A stretch of DNA of 64,000 bases from NCBI GenBank assembly GCA_963711835.1, contig CAVQFQ010000004.1, positions 431,607-495,606 on the forward strand, in the 5' to 3' direction. Positions within the stretch are counted from its first letter, which is position 1, and the number at the start of each line of letters is the position of its first letter. A program made the position numbers and the translations under genes. Positions 49,933-62,223 of this stretch are shown piece by piece. The notes under the pieces are model-generated. The model was not told the DNA's origin. It searched no databases and worked only from the letters and a program-made list of their open reading frames with translations. The stretch is from an uncultured delta proteobacterium. Lineage in GTDB: Bacteria; Desulfobacterota; RBG-13-43-22.

Positions 49933-50132
49933 TTACCGGGATTCAAGGGTTCCAGGGGCCCCAGGGTTCAAGGAAAAAGAGAGCTTGCCTGTCATTTTAT
50001 CATGGGTCTAATGATCGTCATAACCTGAACCAAGTTTCTGTTATTTCTCACTTGAACCCTTGAAATTCTATTAGTCCGTTTAGCCGGGCACGCCCGCATC
50101 TAATTTAATCAATTGACCTAAAGGATGTGTTC

Positions 50133-52052
50133 ATGAAACGAACGATTTATCTTCATATGAAAACCCTGCCTGAGGCCCGGGAAATTTTCTTCAACAGTCT
50201 GGATTACCGCTCCCTGGTGGGGCAGGAAAAAGTCCCCACTGCTGAAGGATTGGGACGAGTCCTGGCTGAGCCGGTCTTCGCCCGCTTCTCCTCCCCAAAC
50301 TTCCATGCCGCGGCCATGGATGGCATTGCCCTTTCGGCCGGAGATACCTTTGGGGCTTCGATTGAATCACCCAAACAGTTCAGGATCGGTCAGCAGGCCT
50401 TCTGGATCAATACCGGCCAGCCTTTGCCTCCGGGGACCAATGCGGTGATCATGGTCGAAAACCTCCAGGTCGAGGAGGATCGGGTTGAAATCCAGTCCGC
50501 CGCTTACCCCTGGCAATATGTACGTAAGATGGGGGAAGATCTGGTGGCCACCGAACTCCTTCTGCCCCAGGGCCACCGTATTAATGCCTATGATCTGGGG
50601 GCCTTGATCGCCGGAGGGATTTTTGAGATACCGGTAGTGCAAAAACCCAAAGTGGTCTTGATCCCCACCGGATCCGAACTGGTGGACTGGGAACAGTTGG
50701 GAAGCCGAGGTCTGCCTTCCGGCAAGGTACCTGAATTTAATACCCTGATCTTGTCCGGCCTGGTCAGAGATTGCGGCGCTGAACCTCAACGGTGGCCGAT
50801 TGTCGGCGACAGCCCGGGAAAAATCGTCGAGGCCCTTGGCCAAGCCATTGCCTCTGAAGCCCACCTGGTGATCCTCAATGCCGGTTCCTCGGCCGGCAGC
50901 GAAGACTATACCCTTCAGGCCATTGAAAGCCTGGGAACGGTCCTGGTCCATGGGGTGACGATCATGCCCGGCAAACCCACCCTGCTCGGGATCATTCAGG
51001 GTAAACCGGTCATCGGCAATCCGGGCTATCCGGTATCGGCGGCGATCTCCTTTGAGCAATTCGGCCGGCCTGTCCTCTATAAGATGCAGGGCCTGGCCGC
51101 CCCGGAACGGAAAAAGGTCTCGGTCTTTCCGGCCCGCCCATTCCCCTCCAAACTGGGCCAGGAAGAATTTCTCCGGGTCAACCTGGGACAGGTGGGGGAC
51201 AAGGTCATCGCCAACCCTTTGCCCCGGGGCGCCGGAACCATCACCTCCCTGACCCGGGCCGACGGCATCATTCGTATCCCCATGAACTCCGAGGGGCTCA
51301 ATCAAAATGAGGCGGTCGAGGCCGAGCTCCTGCGGGAGGAAGGGACCCTTTCCCGCACGGTGGTCATCGTCGGAAGCCATGACAATACCCTGGACCTTCT
51401 GGGAAATTTCCTGACCAAACACTTCCCCCAATTTCGTCTGACCTCCAGTAATGTGGGCAGCACCGGAGGCTTAATGGCCTTAAAAAGGGGTATCGCCCAC
51501 CTGGCCGGGTCCCATCTACTGGATCCGGAAACCGGAGAATACAACACCACTTATATCAAACGGCTGATCCCGGACCTTCCGGTCAAAGGCCTCAACCTGG
51601 TCTTTCGCCAGCAGGGACTCATCATCCCCAAAGGCAATCCCAAGCATATTAAAGGACTGGAAGACCTGACCCGAAAAGACCTGGCCTTCATCAACCGCCA
51701 GGCAGGCTCCGGGACCCGCATTCTCTTGGATTTCCGTTTAAATGAATTGGGAATGGATCGGGCGGCCGTTCAAGGGTATGACCAAGAAGAATTTACCCAT
51801 ATGGCGGTGGCGGTAAGTATCCTCAGCGGACGGGCCGATCTGGGATTGGGCATTTATGCCGCCGCCCGGGCCTTGGACCTGGATTTTATTCCGGTCGTTG
51901 AGGAACGCTACGATCTCATCATCCCTGAGACTTATTTCGAAGAAGAAAAGATACAGGCCTTGTTGGCGGTCGTTCGTTCCGCCGAATTTCGAGAGGCCGT
52001 ATCGGCTCTGGGCGGCTACGACCTGTCTCTGAGCGGGCAGGTCCTATATTAA
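50133..52052 (+). CDS. moeA: MoeA fused to a C-terminal periplasmic-binding-like (molybdate-binding) domain
   Basis: AAMDGIA, IPTGSEL, AGSSAGSED and PGKP, followed by VGSHD, GSTGGL and INRQAGSGTR. Confidence 0.92.
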   Translation: MKRTIYLHMKTLPEAREIFFNSLDYRSLVGQEKVPTAEGLGRVLAEPVFARFSSPNFHAAAMDGIALSAGDTFGASIESPKQFRIGQQAFWINTGQPLPPGTNAVIMVENLQVEEDRVEIQSAAYPWQYVRKMGEDLVATELLLPQGHRINAYDLGALIAGGIFEIPVVQKPKVVLIPTGSELVDWEQLGSRGLPSGKVPEFNTLILSGLVRDCGAEPQRWPIVGDSPGKIVEALGQAIASEAHLVILNAGSSAGSEDYTLQAIESLGTVLVHGVTIMPGKPTLLGIIQGKPVIGNPGYPVSAAISFEQFGRPVLYKMQGLAAPERKKVSVFPARPFPSKLGQEEFLRVNLGQVGDKVIANPLPRGAGTITSLTRADGIIRIPMNSEGLNQNEAVEAELLREEGTLSRTVVIVGSHDNTLDLLGNFLTKHFPQFRLTSSNVGSTGGLMALKRGIAHLAGSHLLDPETGEYNTTYIKRLIPDLPVKGLNLVFRQQGLIIPKGNPKHIKGLEDLTRKDLAFINRQAGSGTRILLDFRLNELGMDRAAVQGYDQEEFTHMAVAVSILSGRADLGLGIYAAARALDLDFIPVVEERYDLIIPETYFEEEKIQALLAVVRSAEFREAVSALGGYDLSLSGQVLY

Positions 52053-52100
52053 AATGAGAGCCATCAGCGATCGGCTTTCAGCAATCAGCTAAAAACCTTA

Positions 52101-52260
52101 GGGATAGTCCCAAAGTTACGTGATTCTCAAACCGAAGGGGTAGCCTCTTAAAATATTAAATCACCCAAAGGGCTTTGGGGGTCCTGTTTCCAAGGATTGT
52201 CCGCCAAAACGCCGGCAGCCTGACCCGGGCAGGAAGTTTACCCCCAAAGCCCTTGACGAA
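52101..52260. mobile_element. MITE, family B, copy 3 (internal deletion, divergent right end)
   Basis: Left end GGGATAGTCCCAAAGTTACGTGATT identical to B1; jumps from CAGGAAGTTTA to CCCCCAAAGCCCTTGACGAA (about 130 bp of B1 missing). Confidence 0.8.
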
Positions 52261-52309
52261 GCTGTCGTCTGAACGCTTCCTTCGAAAATCGGAAATTTTC
52301 GGATGGGTC

Positions 52310-54055
52310 TTACCTAATTTCCCCCTTCTCCACCAACTCCGTAAATATCCTCACCAGATAGGGATCGAATTGAATCCCGGCGTAGTCTTGAATCTCCTTC
52401 AGGGCCTGCTCCCGGGGAGCGGCTTTTCGGTAGGGGCGGTTATTGGTGATGACATCAAAGGCATCGGCAATGGCCAGAATACGGCACTCCAGAGGGATCT
52501 TATCCCCTTTAAGCCCCATGGGGTAGCCTTCTCCATTCCACCATTCATGATGTTTCAGGATCCAGTCGGCTATGGGGACCAGATCCGTAGCCGCCAAGGC
52601 CACCCGGTAGCCGATCTCACAGTGGCGTTGCATGTCCATGGCCTCCTCAGGGCTCAAAGACCCGGGTTTCATCAGGATGCGGTCGGGAATGCCTACTTTG
52701 CCGATGTCGTGAAATTGAGCCATGAGCCGCAGATCCATGATAGTCCGTTCCGGAAGGCGAAGGGTCCGGGCCATTTTTTCGCATAATTCCTGGACCCGGA
52801 TCGCATGGCCCTGGGTGATGAAATCCCTTACCTCCAGGGCCTTCTTGAGGGTAGCCACCACCGAGCTGTGAATACTCTGGCTGGAGAGGGTTTTTTCCCG
52901 GACCATGGTATTATCGGCTTCCTTAAGCAACTCCTGTACCCCGGTCCCCGAGTCGCTGTTGACGGCTATGCCCATGGAGATGCTGAGAGGAATCAGGGGG
53001 TTCTCCTCGTTGTACTCCTGGACCCCCTTTCGAATCTTTTGGTAGGCCTCTTCCATCAGGGTCCGGTCGCAAAAGGGGATCAGGACGGCAAATTCATCCC
53101 CGCCGATGCGGGCGATAAGATCCGATTCCCGGAAGGCCTTTTTTACGATCTCCACCGCACTGAGCAGCACCTGATCCCCCACGGCATTCCCCATGGTCTC
53201 ATTAATAAACTTCAATCCGTCGATATCGCTGATCAGGATGCCTACCGGGTCGAATTCCCCGCTTTCAAGACGCTGCATCTCTCGTTCAAAATAGGTGCGA
53301 TTGTACAAACCGGTCAACTGATCCCGGTCGGTTAAGCGTTGCAGGTTGCTCTGGGCCTGCTTGTGGTCGCTGATATCGAAAAGGTGCCCCTGGATCTGGA
53401 GCAGGTCGCCCTGCTCGTTGAAATTTCCGAAGATGTTGGCCACCACCTCAAGTCTTCGCCCGTCTTTTTTTCGGAATTCCATTTCCTGGGCTTCCAGCTT
53501 CTTTTCCCGGAGCAGGAACTGGAGGTGCTTTTCCCGGGCCTCGTTTCCGGGAAAGAGGGAGAACAGATTGGTTCCGATCGTTTCTTTCAGGGAACCGAAT
53601 CCAAAGAGGCGGACAAAATTGGGGTTGCAAAGAAGGATTTCACCGTCGGCTCTGGCCACATAATTGGCTGAAAGATCCTGGTTAAAAAGCCGGCGATATT
53701 GTTCCTCCCGTTCCCGCAATTTTTCCTGAGAATCTCCCAGGGTCCCCATGATTTTATTGACCCCCTCGGCCAGGATCGAGAGTTCATCGTTGCCGTCGAT
53801 AGTCAGTCTTCCGGTGAAGGTGGCGGGATTAATGTTGGTCACCTTATCGCTTAAAAGACCCACCCGAGAGACCACCAGACGCTCGATCAGCAAGGCCGCC
53901 AATAATCCGAAGATTATAATCAGGATGATCAGGGGAATCAGGGTATAGGGAGTGAGCCGTTCAATGGGGAAAACCCGGATGAAGGCCGCCAGCAGGGCTA
54001 TCAGCACCACCAGAGAGGGTCCCAGGATCAGGAGGATTTTTTTACGAATGTTCAT
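52310..54055 (-). CDS. HAMP-PAS-GGDEF-HD-GYP c-di-GMP signalling protein
   Basis: Two closely spaced TM segments, HAMP (GNDELSIL), PAS, RESD-x5-GGDEF, HDIGK and HHEWWNGEGYP. Confidence 0.93.
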   Translation of the reverse strand: MNIRKKILLILGPSLVVLIALLAAFIRVFPIERLTPYTLIPLIILIIIFGLLAALLIERLVVSRVGLLSDKVTNINPATFTGRLTIDGNDELSILAEGVNKIMGTLGDSQEKLREREEQYRRLFNQDLSANYVARADGEILLCNPNFVRLFGFGSLKETIGTNLFSLFPGNEAREKHLQFLLREKKLEAQEMEFRKKDGRRLEVVANIFGNFNEQGDLLQIQGHLFDISDHKQAQSNLQRLTDRDQLTGLYNRTYFEREMQRLESGEFDPVGILISDIDGLKFINETMGNAVGDQVLLSAVEIVKKAFRESDLIARIGGDEFAVLIPFCDRTLMEEAYQKIRKGVQEYNEENPLIPLSISMGIAVNSDSGTGVQELLKEADNTMVREKTLSSQSIHSSVVATLKKALEVRDFITQGHAIRVQELCEKMARTLRLPERTIMDLRLMAQFHDIGKVGIPDRILMKPGSLSPEEAMDMQRHCEIGYRVALAATDLVPIADWILKHHEWWNGEGYPMGLKGDKIPLECRILAIADAFDVITNNRPYRKAAPREQALKEIQDYAGIQFDPYLVRIFTELVEKGEIR

Positions 54056-54115
54056 AAAAGGCCCTTGATCTTTTCTTTTGAGTTTTGGTCGCCGGTCAGG
54101 CCGGTTCCATGATCC

Positions 54116-54532
54116 TTAAGGGCTGATGGTTCCCCGGCCTGAAAGGGCGGCCCCTTCTTTTTCCCCGATCAGCAAATAATGCTGTCCCAGGTTGACCACA
54201 TGGCAATTGAGGGGCAGCCGCTTCGATCTCCGATCCAGAAAAGGGATCTCCATATTTTTGAAGGATACCAGGCCGAAAGAGGCCCCCCGCAAGGGCGGTT
54301 TCACCGAAAGGGGAGGCGGAAAGGTCAGGCTTTCTCCTTTTTCCATCCTGATGAATTCCTGAAGATCCTTTTTAACCGGTTTTTCCGTCAAATCCAGAAA
54401 CCGGAGGAACCCCTGGTTGCAATTCAAAATCATTTTATTTGAATCCAGGACGATCACGATCAGGTTGCTGATCTTATTCAGGTAGTGTTCAAACAGGTCG
54501 GGGTAGTCAAGAAATAATTTATTCGAGCCCAT
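54116..54532 (-). CDS. Small PAS-like hypothetical protein
   Basis: IVIVLDSNKMILNCNQGFLRF resembles a PAS N-terminus; upstream of and co-oriented with the GGDEF gene. Confidence 0.55.
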   Translation of the reverse strand: MGSNKLFLDYPDLFEHYLNKISNLIVIVLDSNKMILNCNQGFLRFLDLTEKPVKKDLQEFIRMEKGESLTFPPPLSVKPPLRGASFGLVSFKNMEIPFLDRRSKRLPLNCHVVNLGQHYLLIGEKEGAALSGRGTISP

Positions 54533-54678
54533 GCTGCTATGCCTTCTTTCTCCGTTTCTTCAAAGAGGTTATCCCACCATTTTTCAGGAATCGTTCAAGA
54601 AACGGCCCCTGTTCTTTGAGGGGATCTTATCATGCTTTTTCAATTTTGAAGCCAAAAAAATTCCAAACCAAAGCGTGT

Positions 54679-54769
54679 TATTAAGGGTCTCATAATAGTC
54701 TTGCCCTGGAATTGAGGAGCTTGCCTTAAATGGGACCTGTTGCTCACTATTATTTTGAGACCCTTAATA
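54679..54769. mobile_element. Minimal (about 90 bp) element with family-A termini
   Basis: TATTAAGGGTCTCA ... TGAGACCCTTAATA perfect 14-bp inverted repeat; right end CACTATTATTTTGAGAC nearly identical to the A2 right end; overlaps the glycosyltransferase stop. Confidence 0.65.
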
Positions 54770-55963
54770 TAATGTTACCCCAGCCTTGGACAGGGCCTCT
54801 TCAAATAGTCTAAGGTGGGCCCGGGCCGCGCTTTGATAGGAGAAGCGGGCCGCCTGAGACGGTCCTTCTTCCCCCCGTCGCTCCCGCTCTTCCGTTGAAT
54901 CCAGCAAAGGCTTCAGGGTCCGGATCAGATCCGGGAGGCTGTTTTCCTTCAGGACCAGCCCGACCTCCCCTACCAGTTCGGGCATGGCCCCCAAGGGACT
55001 GCAAATAACAGGTTTTCCGGAGAGCAGGCCTTCGAGCAGGGTAAGTCCCCAGCCTTCCTCTTCCTGGGATATCAGGGCCACGATATCGGCGGCCGAATAA
55101 TAAAGAGGCAACTGGTCTCTGGGAACAAGCCCGGCGTAACGGAAATGGTTTTCCAGTTGATTTCTTTTAAGGAACCGATCGACCCGCTTCGGGGTTTCGG
55201 CATCGCTTCGGCCTGAGACCAGCAGCAACAATCCCGGATAGTGCTCCCGAAGCCGGACAACCGCTTCCAGGAGGCGCAGGACCCCCTTCTTTATTCGGAA
55301 AGGATTCGTGTATATGACCAGGCGGCCCGACAGCCCCAACTGCTCTTTGGCTTTATCCGAAGGAAGAACGGGCCAGCCTTCTTTATCCGCCCCGACCGAA
55401 ATGACCCGGATCCGGTCAGATGAAAATCCCCGAGAGATCAGCTTTTTTCGCCAGGTTTCCGAAACGGTCACCACCAGAAAGCGTTTGGCCAGGGCATCAC
55501 CGCTTAGATGATAAAAGGTCTGGAAGGGTTTGCGATAGGTCTCAGGATTAAGGAAAAAACGCAGGGAAGAGGTCTGTCGGAAAAGATGAAAGACAGCCGC
55601 CACGGAAACCCTGGGTTTAAAGGGACCGAAGCGGCAGAGGGCCTGAACGATATTGGAAGGACCGCCTACCGAATAGAGAATATCGTATTGTTCCCGGATC
55701 AGGGCTCTTAGCCGGGTAACCGCCCCTATCTTGGCCTGAAAAAACCGGGCCAGGCTTCCTGGCCGCGGTCCTTGTCCAAAGGTGAGATCCACCTTCTCGG
55801 AAATTATTTTCAGTTCAGGCGACCAGGGGACATCCTGCGGCGGCACCAGGGTAATCAGGGTGACCTCAACCCCAAGTTTTGCCAGCTCTTCAGCCACCCG
55901 GGCCACATAGAGATTCCCTCCCGTGGCCAGCCCCAGGCGGTCTCCAAGAAAAGCGACCTTCAA
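54764..55963 (-). CDS. GT4 family glycosyltransferase
   Basis: TGGNLY, KKG, EGWGLTLLEGLLSGKPVI; TTG start at 55963 overlaps the upstream stop. Confidence 0.88.
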   Translation of the reverse strand: MKVAFLGDRLGLATGGNLYVARVAEELAKLGVEVTLITLVPPQDVPWSPELKIISEKVDLTFGQGPRPGSLARFFQAKIGAVTRLRALIREQYDILYSVGGPSNIVQALCRFGPFKPRVSVAAVFHLFRQTSSLRFFLNPETYRKPFQTFYHLSGDALAKRFLVVTVSETWRKKLISRGFSSDRIRVISVGADKEGWPVLPSDKAKEQLGLSGRLVIYTNPFRIKKGVLRLLEAVVRLREHYPGLLLLVSGRSDAETPKRVDRFLKRNQLENHFRYAGLVPRDQLPLYYSAADIVALISQEEEGWGLTLLEGLLSGKPVICSPLGAMPELVGEVGLVLKENSLPDLIRTLKPLLDSTEERERRGEEGPSQAARFSYQSAARAHLRLFEEALSKAGVTLY

Positions 55964-57099
55964 ACCCGTTTCTCCATAACCTGTTCGAAAACCCCGAGCG
56001 TTTTCCGGGCAGTCGTTTCCCAGGAAAATTTTTTGGCCTGTTCCAAGCCGGCCTGCCTGAGCCGCTCGCAAAGACCAGGCTCTGAGGCCAGGCGCAGCAT
56101 GGCTTGGGTCAATTGCTCCGGGTTTCCCGGATCCACCAAGAGTCCGGCCTCCCCGACGACTTCGGGCATGGCGCTGGTATTGGAGGCAATGACCGGGCAG
56201 CCGGATTGCATGGCCTCTAACAGAGGCATCCCAAACCCTTCGTACCAGCTCGGCAGGACTAAAAATGCGGCCGTATTATAGAAAAGCACCCGATCCGTAT
56301 CGGGGACATAACCGGTCCACTGCAGCCGGTCATGAAGACCGAGTCTTTCGATCTCCTGAAAGATCGGGGCAACCTTCCAGCCTTTCTGTCCCACCAAAAC
56401 CAATCGATGGGGAATGCGGGCCTTGATCCCGGCAAAGGCCGTTAGCAGGCTGGAAATGTTCTTGCGCGGCTCCAGGGTTCCCAGAAAAAGGATAAAAGGC
56501 TGGTCTATCTTATAAGACCGTAAAAAGCCTTCCAGTTTCGAAGGTTCAGGGATGGGCCGGAAGGTTTCATCCGCCCCATGATAGGTGACCGTAATTTTTT
56601 CCGGAGGCACTTTATAAAGCCGCATAAGATCTTTCCGGGTGGATTCAGAGACGGTCAGGATATGATCATAGCGCCTCAGCATGGCCGGATAGGCCAGCCG
56701 GTCCAACAGCTTCTGTACCGGATTAAAGGCAAAAAAATGCGGATAAAGGCGGCGGACCAGGTCATGCACCACCATCACCGAGGCCACACCGATGGGAATC
56801 CTTACCGGACCGTAAAGCCCGGGAGAAAAAAATACATCAAACTGACTCAAAATCCTGGGGACGATTTGCAGGTTCCAGCGGCTTACCCGGACCGGGGGAC
56901 CCGGAAGATCCAGGATGACTTGTTCGAACCGGTCCCGGAAAGGGCCTCCGGCCCGGCGGTGATCAATCAGAACGTAGCGATGTTGGGGAGCCATGCGCTT
57001 CATGGACAAAAGGACCTGATGGACATAATGATCCATTCCGACCTTCTGGTCGCTGATCCCGCCGTAAAGGATCCCTATGTTCAGCGCTTTTTTTCCCAC
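55960..57099 (-). CDS. GT4 family glycosyltransferase (MtfB/WbpY-like)
   Basis: VVHDL, LGTLEPRKN and PSWYEGFGMPLLEAM; true start uncertain, placed at the GTG at 57099. Confidence 0.9.
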   Translation of the reverse strand: MGKKALNIGILYGGISDQKVGMDHYVHQVLLSMKRMAPQHRYVLIDHRRAGGPFRDRFEQVILDLPGPPVRVSRWNLQIVPRILSQFDVFFSPGLYGPVRIPIGVASVMVVHDLVRRLYPHFFAFNPVQKLLDRLAYPAMLRRYDHILTVSESTRKDLMRLYKVPPEKITVTYHGADETFRPIPEPSKLEGFLRSYKIDQPFILFLGTLEPRKNISSLLTAFAGIKARIPHRLVLVGQKGWKVAPIFQEIERLGLHDRLQWTGYVPDTDRVLFYNTAAFLVLPSWYEGFGMPLLEAMQSGCPVIASNTSAMPEVVGEAGLLVDPGNPEQLTQAMLRLASEPGLCERLRQAGLEQAKKFSWETTARKTLGVFEQVMEKRV

Positions 57100-57317
57100 T
57101 GGAAAGGAAGGATAGTCAGGCCCCGGATAAAAGTCAAACGGGATTTTTCGCTCTGAAAAGTCAGTTGGGAGATCAAGAAATCCGGCCCAGGTGCCGTTTG
57201 ATTTTCTTGACAAAACGTTATCTTCCATAATATATCCAACTTATCAGAAACCTAATCTTATTCAGGCAGCCTGGCAGGCATTGCCCCGTTGCCGAACCCC
57301 GATAAAGGAGGAAAGGC

Positions 57318-58462
57318 ATGGATTTCAATCTGACCGAAGAAATGAGGATGCTCAGCGACATGGCTTATAAATTCGCCCAAAAAGAACTGGCCCCAATCGC
57401 CCGGCAATGCGACGCCGAGGAAAAATACGATCGGGAGGTAGTCAGGAAGGCGGCCGAAAACGGCCTGGTGGCCCCCTGGGCCTCGGAGGACGTATGGAGG
57501 GGCCGGTGTGGGAAGTCTGGGTACGGTCGTTATGACTGAACAACTGGCCCGGGTGGACATGGGAAACTGCACCAGCATCATTACCGCCTGCTTTGGGTGC
57601 GAGGCGATCTTCGCCTATGGGTCCGAGGAGCAGAAGAAAACCTACATTCCCTCCGTCTGCCGGGGCGAGAAGATCAGCGCCGGCGCCTATACCGAACCGG
57701 ACGCCGGGACCGACGTGGCCGGATACCGGACCCGGGCGATTAAGGACGGGAAGGATTACATCATCACCGGGAACAAGATGTTCATCACCAACGGGTCGAT
57801 CTGCGATTTTCTGGTGACCCAGTGTCTGACCCACCCTGACGAGAAGCGGCATAACCGCTTCAGCATGATCATCGTTCCCGCCGATGCCCCGGGCCTGACC
57901 CGGAACAAGATCCATGGCAAACTCGGCATCCGGGCCAGTAACACGGCCGAGGTCAGCTATGAGGAGGTCGCGGGTCCCCCAGGAGAATCTGGTCGGCGGC
58001 GAAGGCCGGGGCTTCTATCAGTTGATGCACTTCTTTGATACCACCCGGCCCATGGTCTCGGCCCAGGCCCTGGGACTATCCCAGGCCTGCCTTGATGTCG
58101 CGGTCCGCTACGCCAAAGAGCGCACCGTTTTCGGCGCCCCCCTGGGGAGCTTCCAGTTGACCCAGGCCAAACTGACCGAGATGGCCATTCGCATCGAGGC
58201 CCTGCGCGAAATGGTCTACAAGACCGCCTGGCTGATCGATCAGGGCCGTCCCGACTTTACCCTCTCCGCCATGACCAAGTATTTCGGCGGCCAGACCGCG
58301 GTCTTCTGCGCCAATGCCGCCCTGGAAATCCACGGCGGTTACGGCTATATCGAAGAATACGAAGTGCAGCGCTACTACCGCGACGCCAAAATCCTGGAGA
58401 TCTACGAGGGCACCAAAGAAGCCGAGATCATGACCATCGGCAAGGCCCTGATGGCCCGTTAG
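57318..58462 (+). CDS. Acyl-CoA dehydrogenase (split by at least two frameshifts)
   Basis: AAGGAGG SD; MDFNLTEE.., YTEPDAGTD, GNKMFITNG, then HGGYGY and IYEGTKE in successive frames. Confidence 0.85.
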
Positions 58463-58513
58463 GAGCCGGCAGGATAGCTACTCGACGGACCAGAAAACAT
58501 CCCTTGTGACCGG

Positions 58514-58713
58514 GCCGCCATCCGATATTCCTTGAAATAGGAAAAGGCCAAGAAACTGGCCGCTGATTATAAGGAAGCCGCCGGGGAAATCCGCCGGGTC
58601 AATCAGACTCGGACCGCGGATAAAACCCGACTGGTTAAAAAAATCGGCCGCCTTCCACTGGAAATCATACTTAAGACAGACCGGGCCTTAAAACTCCACT
58701 ACGACCTTTCATA

Positions 58714-58714
<1 letters not shown>
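58514..58714 (+). pseudogene. Fused relic of an RHH-type antitoxin and a PemK/MazF toxin
   Basis: One frame reads AAIRYSLK*EKAKKLAADYKEAAGEIRRV-NQTRTADKTRLVKKIGRLPLEIILKTDRALKLHYDLS*; the second half matches the PemK/MazF C-terminus (Q.RT.DK.RL.KKIG.L). Confidence 0.6.
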
Positions 58715-60003
<1,289 letters not shown>

Positions 60004-60242
60004 TGTTTACTTCCAACTGCTTTAAAAGATTAAATTTATCACGCCAATTTTGCGAACCTGTCCCCAGTTCAATGATCAATCACTATTCATTTTTCAAAGA
60101 GCTATTTTTACAACTTGTTGATTTTTCTAGAACAAATCTCTCAGTGCGAACCGGCTCTGCGCAAACCATTCATAACCTATTGAAATATATTCATAGAACT
60201 TCCCATTCTCCCGGAATGGCAGCTTATGGTTCGCACCAGGCT
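60004..60242 (-). promoter_or_regulatory. CRISPR leader
   Basis: AT-rich segment between repeat 20 and cas2, with GCGAACC (60052, 60146), GGTTCGC (60228) and an IHF-like AATCAACAAGTT on the minus strand. Confidence 0.85.
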
Positions 60243-60540
60243 TTAAACCACCAGCGGGTCTTCCAGATCATATCCTTTTTTGGCTCCCACATGCTCCATC
60301 CGGCGTTTCCAGTTGGCCCCCAGGAAATAAAATCGCAGGCTGTCCTGTTCCGGATTAATCTCTTTGATCAACCGGTCTCGAAAAAAGGCCCAGCGCGCGG
60401 GATCAACGGAGCATTCGAATACCGAATACTGCACCCGCTGGCCGTTGTTTTTGCAGACCTTGGCCACCCGGGCCAGACGGCGCCGGCCCGCCGCTCCTCT
60501 AATCGTAGGAAACATCATAACTCACGACCAGACCATCATA
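60243..60540 (-). CDS. cas2: CRISPR-associated endonuclease Cas2 (5' frameshifts)
   Basis: VSYDV in a shifted frame, then [31 protein letters not shown] and EHVGAK. Confidence 0.9.
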
Positions 60541-60554
60541 GATGGCCATCTCCT

Positions 60555-61589
60555 ATCTTCCACAGAAAAGGTGGATACCCATCCAGGTCGCCGCGCAGAT
60601 ATCGCGCCAGGAGCATGGCCTGCAGATGAAGCAGGAGACCCATGGTGACCTTTTCTTCCAAGAAAGGATGAAAGATTTCATCCTGTTTTCTTTTCTGGTA
60701 GGCCACCAGGACGGTTTTTCTGGTGTCGTCATCCATGAGCACTGCTCCGTTTTCCTTGGTGGTAAAGCCTTCCTTTCTGGACCTGATTGAGATTGATCAG
60801 GGAAAGGGCCAGGCGATCGGCAAAAACCGGCCTGAACTCCTCCATCAGGTCGAGGGCCAACCCCGGCCGACCCGGCCGATCCCGGTGCAGAAACCCGACC
60901 GCCGGATCGAGCCCCACGCACTCCAGGGCGGACCGGACATCATGCATCAACAAGGGTATAAAGAAACGACAGCAGACAATTAACCCGATCCAGAGGCGGG
61001 CGCCGGTTTCGTTCGGGAAAGGTGAAATCCTCCTTTTGGGAAAGGATCAGGTGATCGAAGACGCCAAAATAGGTGTGGGCCGCCTCCCCCTCGATGCCGC
61101 GGAGCACATCCAGGGATGCTTGTCTCTCTGCAAGATCTGAAGATTATTTTTAAGCCGGTCGTAAGCCGACCTGACCTCATCCTCTTTAACCTTCTCCGAA
61201 TGATCCCGGAGCGTTCGACCCAGGACCGATCGGCAATTGGCCACTTTCCCGGTGAGAATGGACCCGGCCATCCGAGCCGAATGACCCTCATCGTCGGCCC
61301 AGCGGTATTGCTGCCTCCGAAGGAGCACATTACCCGAGACCGGCCCCTGAACCCGGGCCAGAAACCGGCCATGCTCCGAAAGAAAGCTGAGGCTCACCCC
61401 CTTCTCCGCGCAAAAGCCCATCAGAAAAGGGCTGCAGGAAACCTGGCCGAAGCAGACGATCCCGCCGATGGTGTGGATCGGGAGCTGCAGGAGGACCTCC
61501 TTCTCATTTTTGACCACCACGGTTTCCCCTTCCTTGGAAAGGTAGGCCCCCTGGGTGGTCACAAATAGGGTGTTCAGATGTTTTTTCAT
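60555..61589 (-). CDS. cas1: Type I-C Cas1 (split by several frameshifts)
   Basis: [56 protein letters not shown] and [15 protein letters not shown] across three or more frames. Confidence 0.92.
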
Positions 61590-62223
61590 GGCTCATGGCC
61601 CCCGAAAGATAACGTTCAATGATCCCTTTTTCCTGCCCAAAGACTTGGGCAGGCAGACCTCGATCAGGGAACATTGTTTGCATTTCTTATCATAAACCGG
61701 CCGGCGGGGTTATCCCCGAGATCAAGAAGTTACGGAGCGCCTTCACGGCCGTTTCTTCGGTCTCTTTTCTCAATTCCGGAGTAAAAACTACATCATGGCG
61801 GCGCCTGGATTTTTCCATAAAACAGAGCGCCCTCCGGGACCTCCACCCCCATCATTTCCTCCAGGCAGATGGCCTGGGCGCACAACTGGACCTCATCGCA
61901 GTGGTCCGGCTTGGGCTTGCCCCGTTTGTACTCCACCGGGAAAGGCCGCCAACCCCCCCAGGCTGGATGAAATTCCACCACATCGGCCACCCCCACCAAG
62001 CCCAAGCCCGAGAGAGCGCAAAGGAAAGTCCCCGCTCGATTCGCACCCCGGCCCGGGTCTCCCCTTCCTGCTCGTGGACCCGCTCGTGCAGAATCCGGCC
62101 TTCGGCGGTCAGACGGTTTTCCTCCCACACCTGCTCCAGGTGAATCAGGGCGCATTGCCGCTCGCAGAAAACATAATGCTGCAGGGCGGAAATCATGATC
62201 AGGTTGTCTTCGGCATAGCTCAT
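61586..62223 (-). CDS. cas4: CRISPR-associated Cas4 (frameshifted)
   Basis: [46 protein letters not shown] and KCKQCSL..C. Confidence 0.9.
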
